A stretch of DNA of 64,000 nucleotides from Calditrichales bacterium (lineage in GTDB: Bacteria > Calditrichota > Calditrichia > Calditrichales > J004): positions 2,624,001 through 2,688,000 of the forward strand of contig OZ254086.1 in the NCBI GenBank assembly GCA_965267575.1. The letters are read 5' to 3'. Numbering within the stretch: position 1 is the first letter of the stretch; every line of letters begins with the position of its first letter. Shown one piece after another: positions 1-9,600 of the stretch. A model generated the notes under the pieces. The model did no database searches, was not told the origin of the DNA, and worked only from the letters and a program-made list of their open reading frames with translations. A program made the position numbers and the translations under genes.

Positions 1-2
1 CG

Positions 3-242
3 GATACGGACCAGCTTGGCGGCAGGCGTCGTGGCCGCGATCTGATGGAAAAACAGACCTATGTCATCGATCACGCCAATGGTACGGAGACAATCCAGAT
101 GGACCTGAGCGAAGCGGGCAGCGGCTGGAATTTGCTGGAGACGTATTACTTTGAGGAAGGCAGCGCAAAAATAACACTGACCAACGAAAGCGACGGCCGG
201 CTGGTGCTTGCTGACGCAGTAAAATGGGTACCAAAGGGGTAG
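3..242 (+). CDS. 3' end (partial) of a protein ending in a golvesin/Xly CBD-like domain
   Basis: Frame is open from the window edge. Ends YVIDHANG...GWNLLETYYF...ITLTNES...LADAVKWV, typical of golvesin C-terminal-like domains and similar to the domain inside 14471..17503. Confidence 0.7.
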   Translation, partial: DTDQLGGRRRGRDLMEKQTYVIDHANGTETIQMDLSEAGSGWNLLETYYFEEGSAKITLTNESDGRLVLADAVKWVPKG

Positions 243-860
243 TGGAATTGTTTGCCAGTCCCCGCGCCATTGTCATTCCTGCGGATGCAGGAATCCATGG
301 TGCTTTATCCCGTGGTTCTGAAGGTGAGTGGCAAAGGGGTGCTTTACTGGATTCCCGCCTTCGCGCGAATGACATTTCGGGGTGAGTGGAATTGTTTGGC
401 AGTCCCCGTGCCATTGTCATTCCTGCGGATGCAGGAATCCATGGTGCTTTATCCCGTGGTTCTGAAGGTGAGTGGCAAAGGGGTGCTTTACTGGATTCCC
501 GCCTTCGCGGGAATGACATTTCGGGGTGAGTGGAATTGTTTGGCAGTCCCCGTGCCATTGTCATTCCTGCGGATGCAGGAATCCATGGTGCTTTATCCCG
601 TGGTTCTGAAAGTGAATGGCAAAGGGGCGCTTTCCTGGATTCCCGCCTTCGCGGGAATGACATTCCGGGGGGAGTGGGATTGTCGGCAGTCCCCGCGCCA
701 TCGTCATTCCTGCGGATGCAGGAATCCATGGTGCTTCGTCCCCGGCTCTGAATGTGAGTAGCAAAGTGGCACTTTCTTGGATTCCCGCTTTTGCGGGAAT
801 GACATTCCGGGGCAGTGGGATTGTTTGGCAGTCCCCGCGCCATTGTCATTGGAGAATGAC
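242..860. repeat. Tandem array of ~4.3 x 144-bp units, each holding an inverted pair of GTCATTCC-type REP palindromes (BIME/REPIN-like)
   Basis: Units start at 242, 386, 530, 674 and 815. Each has GTCATTCCTGCGGATGCAGGAATCCA ... TGGATTCCCGCCTTCGCGGGAATGAC; the first three units are nearly identical, including the spacers. Confidence 0.95.
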
Positions 861-940
861 ACTAGTCGCTGATGATACTGTTGGGAAACATCAAAAATTA
901 GACCTGGAAAAGAAAAACAAAAACACATAGACAGGATTCT

Positions 941-2437
941 ATGAAAAGCTATCTTTTTGTACTCATAATCGCGATTGCGCCGTGGCTGCACGCCCAGGAT
1001 GCAACCATACTTACATTTGATACGGCGCTGGAACTGGCGCTGGAGAACAGCCCGGAAATTATCGCGGCGCGGCGCAACCTGGAACGGCAGCGTGAACTGC
1101 TCAACGCCCAGCAATCTTCGCTTAAATCGCAGTTTAACCTGAGCCTGGAGCCATTTGCTTTCAGCCGCCAGACCAATTTCGAAGAGCTGACCGCTGCCTT
1201 TAACGAATCGGAAACACGGCGTTCCGGGGCGGTCTTTTCCGTTTCGCAGCCCATTTTGTTAACCGACGCAACAGTCTCGCTGCAGAATACGTTTTACTGG
1301 CGGGACAGCCGCAGTGAGTTTGCCGGATTCAGGCGCAATGAGGTTTTTAATAATGATCTGACCCTGACCGTCATTCAGCCGCTTTTTACCTACAACCGCC
1401 AAAAGCTTGCCCTGCAGGACGTGGAGAATGACCTTGAATCGGCCTATCTCAGCTATATCATTCAAGGGCTGCGGCTGGAGACGGGGTTGGCGCAAAGCTT
1501 TTACCGCACCTATCAAAACCGGATGCGCTTGCAGGTGGCGCGGGAAGAGCTGGAAAACTCGCGCAGCAGCGTCGAAATCATTCGCAATAAAGTAAATGCC
1601 GGGTTGGTGGCGGAAGAGGAGCTCCTACAGGCCGAGTTGAATCTGCTCTCCAGTGAATCGACGCTTCAAAATGCCCAGGTGACGCTGCAAAACAGTCTCG
1701 ATGATCTAAAGGTTTTACTGGGGATGGAGCTAAACGAGGAGCTGCGGGTTGTTTCTGCGATCGATCAGGATACGGTCTCACTTAACCAGGAACGGGCTGT
1801 GGAACTGGGCCTGGCCAACCGGCTGGAGTTGCAGCAGCGTAAGCTGGATATCATCAACACGCAGGCGGGGTTAACGCGTGCCATGGCCACCAATGAATTC
1901 CGCGGCAACCTGAGTCTGCAATACGGCCTTACCGGCAACGATCCCAAAGCGCCGCAGGTTTTCCAGGACCAGAACGAAAGCCAGGACGTGAGCATCAGTT
2001 TTGAAATACCGATTTTTGACTGGGGTGAACGGGAATCGCGCATAAAAGCTTCCGAGATCAGCGTGCAGGAGGCGCAGCGCAACCTAGGGGAGGAACGCAA
2101 AAATATCGTGGCCGATATCCGCCGCGCTTACCGGACGTTGAAAAACCAGGCCCTGCAGATGCAGCTTGCCGAACAGAATCTGCTGATCGCCCAAAAAACG
2201 TATGATATCAACCTCGAGCGCTACAAAAACGGTGACCTGACCAGTATGGATCTTAACCTGTTTCAGACACAGCTTTCAGAGAAGAAGAACGGCCTGATCG
2301 ACGCCCAGATCAGCTACCGTTTATCGCTGCTGGATTTAAAAGTACAGACCTTGTGGGATTTTGAAAAAGACCGGCCGGTAGAATTTGAAGGACGCTCGCT
2401 GCCGGATGGAAACGAAAATGAAGGAGAATTGGAATGA
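941..2437 (+). CDS. TolC-family outer membrane efflux channel
   Basis: Signal peptide, LTFDTALELALENSP start, IPIFDWG and YKNGDLTSMDL motifs, 498 aa. Confidence 0.92.
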   Translation: MKSYLFVLIIAIAPWLHAQDATILTFDTALELALENSPEIIAARRNLERQRELLNAQQSSLKSQFNLSLEPFAFSRQTNFEELTAAFNESETRRSGAVFSVSQPILLTDATVSLQNTFYWRDSRSEFAGFRRNEVFNNDLTLTVIQPLFTYNRQKLALQDVENDLESAYLSYIIQGLRLETGLAQSFYRTYQNRMRLQVAREELENSRSSVEIIRNKVNAGLVAEEELLQAELNLLSSESTLQNAQVTLQNSLDDLKVLLGMELNEELRVVSAIDQDTVSLNQERAVELGLANRLELQQRKLDIINTQAGLTRAMATNEFRGNLSLQYGLTGNDPKAPQVFQDQNESQDVSISFEIPIFDWGERESRIKASEISVQEAQRNLGEERKNIVADIRRAYRTLKNQALQMQLAEQNLLIAQKTYDINLERYKNGDLTSMDLNLFQTQLSEKKNGLIDAQISYRLSLLDLKVQTLWDFEKDRPVEFEGRSLPDGNENEGELE

Positions 2438-3486
2438 GGCAACGGATAGTTTTTCTGGCTTTGATCGCGATCGTTACCTGGGCTTGTGATGATGAGGATC
2501 CCGGCGAGCAGCTTGAGGTAGCCGTGCCCGTCAATATAGAGGAAGTGCAGCTCGGCTCCATTGAAGCATTCGTAAACAGTACGGCTGATCTTTCCGCCTT
2601 TAAAGAAGGCATCTTTATGTCGGAATCGGAGGGTGCTTACAGATTGCAGCAGAACCCGGCAACGGGCAAGTTGTTCAAGGCCGGTGATCGCGTTCGCCAG
2701 GGTCAGCTGGTTATCCGCCTGGTGAACCCGGAATACGAAAACAACATCGCACTGGAATCAAAGAAACTGAACCTGGATATCTCTGAGCGTGAGTTTGAAA
2801 AACAACAATCGCTTTATGAAAAGGGCGGCGTAACCCTGCGTGAACTGAAAAGTGCCGAACGTGCCCTGATTGATGCGCGTTATGCTTACGAAAATGCGCT
2901 GCTGCAGCAGGAAAAGCTGCTGGTGCGCGCGCCGTTTGATGGGATTGTCACCAACCTGCCTTATTTCGCGCAGGGTGAGATAGTGGCGCCTAACAGCGAG
3001 CTGGCGCGCATTATGGACTACAGCCGCCTGGTGGCCGAGGTGCGCCTCCCGGCCCGCGAACTGGGTCGCGTTGAGCCCGGGCAAAACGTCCGTGTGACGC
3101 AATACAATCTGCCCGGCGATACGCTGTACGGCAGTGTGATACAAGCCGACCCCGCCCTTGAAGGTAACAGCCGTACATTTGGCGCACAGATTGAAGTGGA
3201 CAATCCGGATTTGAAGCTGCGACCGGGGATGTTTGTCAATCTGCAAACGATTGTTGACAGCCGCGACAGCACCGTCGTCATCGACCGTGACATTATTCTT
3301 TCCCGCCGCCGTGGCAACACCGTTTTTGTGGTGGAAAAGGGCGCCGCACAGGAACGCGTTATCAGCATCGGCCTGGAGAATGACGAGCAGGTAGAGGTGC
3401 TGTCCGGGCTGGAGGCCGGCGAGCGCTTGGTGATCAAAGGCTTCGAAACGCTGCGGCATCGCTCCAAAGTGAAAGTGGTGCGCTGA
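2434..3486 (+). CDS. RND periplasmic adaptor (MFP), lipoprotein
   Basis: Lipobox VTWA-C, VRAPFDGIV, LRPGMFV and VEVLSGLEAGERLV motifs; ATGA overlap with tolC. Confidence 0.93.
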   Translation: MRQRIVFLALIAIVTWACDDEDPGEQLEVAVPVNIEEVQLGSIEAFVNSTADLSAFKEGIFMSESEGAYRLQQNPATGKLFKAGDRVRQGQLVIRLVNPEYENNIALESKKLNLDISEREFEKQQSLYEKGGVTLRELKSAERALIDARYAYENALLQQEKLLVRAPFDGIVTNLPYFAQGEIVAPNSELARIMDYSRLVAEVRLPARELGRVEPGQNVRVTQYNLPGDTLYGSVIQADPALEGNSRTFGAQIEVDNPDLKLRPGMFVNLQTIVDSRDSTVVIDRDIILSRRRGNTVFVVEKGAAQERVISIGLENDEQVEVLSGLEAGERLVIKGFETLRHRSKVKVVR

Positions 3487-3487
3487 T

Positions 3488-6400
3488 ATGGAAAGACTGA
3501 GCCGTTTTTCGGTCGAGCACCCGGTTACCATCCTGATGGGGATCGCCGCCATTCTTTTGCTGGGATTTATTTCGTTTCAGCGGTTGGCAGTGGACCTGTT
3601 CCCCGATATTTCCAACCCGCGCCTGTTTGTTGAGCTGAAGGCGGGTGAGCTGCCCCCGGAGGAACTGGAGACGCGTTTTGTGGAAAACCTGGAAGCCCTG
3701 ATAATGCGCCAGCGCAACGTTACCGGCGTCTCGTCCGTCTTACTGGTGGGCAGTGCGCGGGTCAGTGTCTCCTATGCTTGGGGCACGGACATGAACGCGG
3801 CTTTTCTTGACCTGCAAAAAAATCTTTCCCGCTTTAGCAGCGGCAACGACATCGATGAGCTGAGCATCACCCAATTTGACCCCAACGCCGAACCGGTTTT
3901 GCTGATTGCCCTCAACCACCCGGAAGCCGATCCTTACCAGTTGCAGCGTCTTGCCGAAACACGCATCCGCAACGCGCTTATCCGGCTGGATGGCATCGCG
4001 GCGGTGGAAATACGCGGCGGCGAGCAGCGTGAAGTGCGCGTTCAGACCGACGAAGCACGGCTGGAGGCTTACGGATTGACTGCGGAGGGGCTGGCCTCGT
4101 CGATACGATCAGCCAACCTGGATGTGGCCGGCGGTTCCGTAGTGGAAATGGGCGTGCGCTACGTGGTGCGTGGCCTGGGATCATTCGATGACCTTAGGGC
4201 AATTAAAAAAGTGGTGGTGGACTACCGCCCGGAAAGCGATGCGCCAAATGCCCGCGAATTTCCCGTCTTCCTGGAGCAGGTGGCGGATGTAAACTGGAGC
4301 AGCGCCGAGCCGGAAAATATCGTCTACATGAACGGTCAGCGCGGGGTGGCCCTGGCCGTCTACAAGGAGACGCGTTTTAATACCATCCAGGCGGTGGAGG
4401 CCGTTAATGAGAGCCTGCTTGAGATTCGCCGGGGTCTGCCCGATTATTCCATCGAAATCATCCGGGATCAGGCGCGTTTTATCAATGCCGCCATCAGCGA
4501 AGTGGAGGAGAGCGCCCTCTACGGTATCATCCTTGCCATATTTGTGTTGTTCCTTTTCCTGCGCCGTATCGGCAGCACGCTGGTTATCAGCCTGGCAATT
4601 CCGCTATCCATCGTTGCCACCTTTAACCTGATGTTTTTTAACGGTTTAACACTCAATATTATGACGCTCGGCGGTCTGGCTCTGGGCGCCGGCATGCTGG
4701 TGGATAACGCCATCGTTGTTATGGAAAGTATTTTCCGCGAACTGGAGCAGGGCGCTACCGTGCGCGATGCCGCGATCAAGGGAACGGCGCGCGTCTCCGG
4801 GGCGATAATCGCTTCTACCATCACAACCGTAGTGGTTTTTTTACCGATCGTTTACCTGCAGGGGGCCGCCGGTGTGCTCTTCCGTGACCAGGCCTGGACC
4901 GTGGCCTTTTCGCTGCTGGCTTCGCTGGTTGTGGCCATCCTCGCCATGCCCATGTTAAGCCATAAACTGTTGCGCAAAAAAGACGGCAACGCGGGCAAAA
5001 GCTCAATCCGTTTTGATTTCTACCGGCCTTTGCTTGAACGCATTTTACATAAACGTGCGATCGTCTTACTGGCGGCGGTTGTATTGGTCGTGGCCACGCT
5101 GGCCGTTCTCCCGTTTGTGGGCAGCAACTTCCTGGCCCGTACTTCCGGCAGCGCCTACACGCTGGATGTAACCCTTGCCGATGGTACTACGCTGGATTAC
5201 AGCGCCCGTTTTGCCGGTGGCCTGGAAGAAAGCATCCGTCAGGCCGCGGGCGAAAAGGTGGAGATGATTTTCAGCCAGGTGGGCAGTCTGGATGCCGGTT
5301 CCGGCGCGCAGGAGCAGGATGTGCTTGGACGTGAAAACCATCTGCGTATGACCATCCGTCTGAGCAGCAGCCGCACAGAAGCGGAGAATTTTGAACAATG
5401 GCTGCGGACCTACCTGGAAGGCTATGATGAAGCTGAAGTGAGTCTGCAACAGGAGCAGAATATCCTCAGCACAACCCTTTCCGGCAGCGAAGATGCCGCC
5501 ATAGCTATTCGCCTCTACAGCGATGATGCTGCAGCCGCCGATGAGGCTTTGCGCGCCATGCGCCCGCAACTGGAGAAGATAGAGGGTCTTGTTGTGCGCG
5601 AAAGCAGCCTGGAAGGCAGCCGTCCCCAGGTAAACCTGGTGATTGACCGTGTGGCGGCGGCCTACTACAACATTCCCATTCAGACAATAAGTAGTCAGCT
5701 TGAGGCCTTGCTGCAAGGGGCCGAGGCCGGCAACTGGGAGTTCGCCGGTGATGTGCACGACATCCGCGTGGCCTATCCGCCACTTTCACTGGAGCGTCTG
5801 CGCGGCCAGTTTATTCGCAGCGGCGCACAGCGTGTCCCTTTGGAAGCGCTGGTAAAATTTGAAACCGAACGGGCACCGCGCGCGCTCTACCGCACCAACC
5901 AGAAACGCAGCGCCTGGCTTACCGCGGATACCGAAGAGCGGCCTCTCTCCGAAGTTGTTACCGATGTGAGCGCGGTAATGGAAAACAGCGATATTCCGCC
6001 CAACGTGCGCAGCGAGATCAGCGGTGAGGAGCAGGAACGTCGCGCTTCTTTTGCCGGTTTGCAGTTTGCCCTGTTGCTGGCCATTGTGCTCATCTACATG
6101 GTGCTGGCGGGACAATTTGAATCGCTGCTGCACCCCTTTACGATTATTCTCACGGTGCCGCTAGCGGCCATCGGCGCGGTCTGGATATTCCTTGTGCTGG
6201 GTCAGGCGTTCAATGTAATGGCTTTTATCGGGCTTATTCTGCTAATGGGCATCGCTGTCAACGATTCCATTATCCTTGTCGATGCCATAAACCAGGAACG
6301 GCGTGACGGCCGGGATATCGTCACCGCCATTTTAAACGCCGGCGAGCGCCGCATACGACCGATCATTATGACCAGTCTGACGACCATTTTGGCGCTGTTG

Positions 6401-6580
6401 CCTTTAACATTCGGCTTTGGTGAAGGGGCAGCCCTGCGGGCGCCGCTGGCCTGGGCCGTCATCGGCGGACTGGTCAGCAGCACGGTGCTGATACTGGGCG
6501 TTATTCCTTGTCTTTACAGCGTTTTCGAACAATGGCGTGTGGGCGTGATGAAGGTACAAAGTAAAGAGGTGACGGGGTAA
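3488..6580 (+). CDS. RND permease (AcrB/AcrD/AcrF family), subunit 1
   Basis: 1030 aa; LNIMTLGGLALGAGMLVDNAIVV (TM4), QFES..HP, RIRPIIMT. Confidence 0.93.
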   Translation: MERLSRFSVEHPVTILMGIAAILLLGFISFQRLAVDLFPDISNPRLFVELKAGELPPEELETRFVENLEALIMRQRNVTGVSSVLLVGSARVSVSYAWGTDMNAAFLDLQKNLSRFSSGNDIDELSITQFDPNAEPVLLIALNHPEADPYQLQRLAETRIRNALIRLDGIAAVEIRGGEQREVRVQTDEARLEAYGLTAEGLASSIRSANLDVAGGSVVEMGVRYVVRGLGSFDDLRAIKKVVVDYRPESDAPNAREFPVFLEQVADVNWSSAEPENIVYMNGQRGVALAVYKETRFNTIQAVEAVNESLLEIRRGLPDYSIEIIRDQARFINAAISEVEESALYGIILAIFVLFLFLRRIGSTLVISLAIPLSIVATFNLMFFNGLTLNIMTLGGLALGAGMLVDNAIVVMESIFRELEQGATVRDAAIKGTARVSGAIIASTITTVVVFLPIVYLQGAAGVLFRDQAWTVAFSLLASLVVAILAMPMLSHKLLRKKDGNAGKSSIRFDFYRPLLERILHKRAIVLLAAVVLVVATLAVLPFVGSNFLARTSGSAYTLDVTLADGTTLDYSARFAGGLEESIRQAAGEKVEMIFSQVGSLDAGSGAQEQDVLGRENHLRMTIRLSSSRTEAENFEQWLRTYLEGYDEAEVSLQQEQNILSTTLSGSEDAAIAIRLYSDDAAAADEALRAMRPQLEKIEGLVVRESSLEGSRPQVNLVIDRVAAAYYNIPIQTISSQLEALLQGAEAGNWEFAGDVHDIRVAYPPLSLERLRGQFIRSGAQRVPLEALVKFETERAPRALYRTNQKRSAWLTADTEERPLSEVVTDVSAVMENSDIPPNVRSEISGEEQERRASFAGLQFALLLAIVLIYMVLAGQFESLLHPFTIILTVPLAAIGAVWIFLVLGQAFNVMAFIGLILLMGIAVNDSIILVDAINQERRDGRDIVTAILNAGERRIRPIIMTSLTTILALLPLTFGFGEGAALRAPLAWAVIGGLVSSTVLILGVIPCLYSVFEQWRVGVMKVQSKEVTG

Positions 6581-6640
6581 CTGAGTGACGGGCAATTGAG
6601 TGTGCCCTTTACATGAGCCCAAAATAAAATCAAGACAAAA

Positions 6641-9600
6641 ATGAAAAAACTGTTTGAACGGCGTACACTGATATCGATGTTTTTTTTGGGGTTGGCCTTG
6701 CTGGGTATCATCTCCTACCGCCATTTGCCGATGGAGTTGCTGCCTTCCGTGGAAGCGCCGTTTCTGATTATCCAGGTGGGCAGTGTCCGCGATGCCGATC
6801 CCTACTACCTGGAACGTGAAGCGATTATCCCGCTTGAAGGGGCCGCCGCCGGTCTGGAAAATGTTGAAAAGATCGAATCCTGGGCCGGACGCAACCGCGG
6901 GACGATCTACGTTTATTTTCCTTCGCGCACGGATATGACATACGCCTACCTCAAGCTGCAGGAACGGGTCAACGCCGTGAAGGCGGACCTGGAAGGTGAC
7001 TTTTTTGTGGAGACGCTAAAGGTCGACACGCAGGCGCTTTCCAACATGTTCATGAACCTGCAGGTGCGTGGCAGCGGCGGGACAGACCGCATCCGCAACA
7101 TCATCGATAAATCCATTACGCCCGAGCTGGAAACGGTTGACGGCATTGCCCACGTGGAGGTCTTTGGCGGCCGCTCGCGCTCGGTCAGCGTGGTGCTGGA
7201 TGAGGGTGTAACCGAATCGTACGGGATTACGCCGTCGGATGTGCGCCGGGCCATTGCCGGGCAGCGCCAGCAAAGCCAGTACGTTGGCAACGTGCGCGAT
7301 CGCCAGCTAAAAGCCAGCGTACACGTTGTAGCCGATTATACCACGATCAGCGCGCTGGAAAATATTGTCGTTGATGAGGTGCGCGGCCTGCGTCTGCGTG
7401 ATGTGGCCGACGTTTACATGGATGTGATGGAGGAGCAATCGCTCAGCCGTGTAAACGGTAAGGAAGCCGTTACCATGCAAATCGTGCGCGATACGCAAAC
7501 CAACCTGATCGCGCTGGCCGGCGACACCCGCGAAGTCATTGATCGTCTTAACCGCGAGCTGGCCTGGCAGGATATCGAAATCGTCATCGAACAGGACATG
7601 TCGGCCTATCTTGAGGAAAATCTCGATCTGATCCTGAACCTGGCCATAACCGGCGGCATCCTCGCCGTGCTGATCCTGTGGTACTTCCTGCGCAACCTGC
7701 GGCTCGTAACAATGATCGCGCTGGCTCTTCCGCTCTCCGTTTTTACCGCCTTCAACCTCTTTTACGCGCTGGGCATAAGTCTCAACACGCTCTCGCTGGC
7801 GGGTATGGCGCTGGCCATTGGCATGTTGCTGGATAACAGCGTCGTGGTGCTGGAAAACATCTACCGTGTGGCCCAGCGCCAAAAGGATGTCGCCCAGGCC
7901 GTGGTAACGGGAGTTAAGCAGATTGCCCGCTCGGTGAGCGCCGCCACGCTGACAACCGTCGCCGTTTTCCTGCCCTTTGTATTTGCCGAACAGTTTTTCA
8001 TCCGGGTTATCGGATATCAGATCGGCATGTCGATCATCAGCACGCTGCTGGTTTCACTGGTGGTGGCCTTGCTGCTTATCCCGATGGCGGCCCTTTACTT
8101 TATGCGCCGCGCCGGTGGCAGCAGCCGTTCGCTGCGCTTTTCGCTCACGTCAGGCCGCTTTCTGCCTTTTTACAATCTGCTGCTAAAAAGTACGCTGCGT
8201 TTTCCCATGCGCACCATTCTCAGTATGCTGGCGCTCTTTTTTATCTCGCTGTTCATCTCGATTGCAATCAGCCTGATTGTGCCCGATGAGGTGGAACTGG
8301 AGCAATTTAATCTTTACCTGACCATGCCGCCGGGAGCCACGCTGGAAATCACCGACCTGGCCGCCCGCGATCTGGAAGAGAGTCTGATGAAGATCGAAGA
8401 GCTGCAGGATGTGGTGAGCCAGGTGTATGAGCAGGAAGCCGTTTTCACGCTTAAGCTGAAGGAAGAATACCGGACCGTTGCCCGCCGTGATGTGGCCGGT
8501 GTGAAGGATTTAATCCAACATATTATCTGGGATTTCCGCATCGGCGATGTCAGTTTTACGGCGCCTGCCGGCAGCCAGCGTTTCCGTGGCGGCGGTTCCC
8601 GCGGAGGCGGCGGACCGGAGATGGACAACGGCCTTATGTCGATGCTGGGCCTGGGTGACAATGTCGGCACCATCACACTGAGCGGCAGCGACTACGATGC
8701 CATGCACCGCTTTGCCGAAGAGCTGGAAGATCAGCTCTGGGACCTCAACGCTATCCGTCGCGTGGCCCACGATGCCACCGACAACCGCCCGGAAGTGCAG
8801 CTCTATTTTGACCGTCTGCTGCTGGCGCGTCTCGGCATAAGCCTGAACAATATCGCCACCGAGCTGGCCTCCTTTGAGTCGGAAGTGAGCAGCGGTGTCT
8901 CCTTTTCCGACGGCGAAGAGCAGTATGACATCACCATCATCAAGAGCAATCCAGAAGAGGAGAAACGCATTGATGATTTGCGCGCGCTTAACATAAAGGC
9001 CGCCGATGGCAGCAGTTACCCGCTGGAAAGACTGGCCGCCCCCGTTATGGGTGAAGGCCGCGCCGGCATCAACCGTGTTAACCAGGAGCGGCGCATCGAG
9101 CTGAGCTTTCAGTTTGTCACGGAAGTCAACAGCTCCAGCGCCTTGCTGGATGCCGCGCGCCTGGAAGTGGAGCAAATCGTCGATGCCATGCCGCTGCCCG
9201 AAGGCGTTAACCTTACCATACAGCACGATAAAAACGATCTCAATGATTTCTATTTTCTCTTTTTCCTGGCTTTCCTGCTGATCTACATGATCCTGGCTTC
9301 CACCTTCGAATCGTTGCTGCAGCCGTTTATCATCATGTTTACGATTCCTTTGGCGGCCATCGGCGGTTTGTGGGCTATCGTTATCACCGGCCACAGCCTG
9401 ATGAATGTCAACGCGCTGATCGGTTTTTTGATATTGCTGGGCATTGTGGTCAACAACGGCATCATTTTTATCGATTACGCGGGCCAGTTGCGGCGCAAGG
9501 GTCAGCGCCGCGAACGCGCGTTGCTGGAAGCGGGCCAGGCACGCCTGCGGCCGATCGTCATAACCGCGTTAACCACCATTGCCGCCATGCTGCCTCTGGC

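Noticed and set aside
64..849. Repetitive ORFs of 261 aa (-) and 169 aa (+)
   Set aside because: By-products of the 48-codon repeat period; no SD or protein motif.
242..860. CRISPR array
   Set aside because: The spacers are near-identical between units, the repeats are inverted REP pairs, the period is 144 bp, and there are no cas genes.
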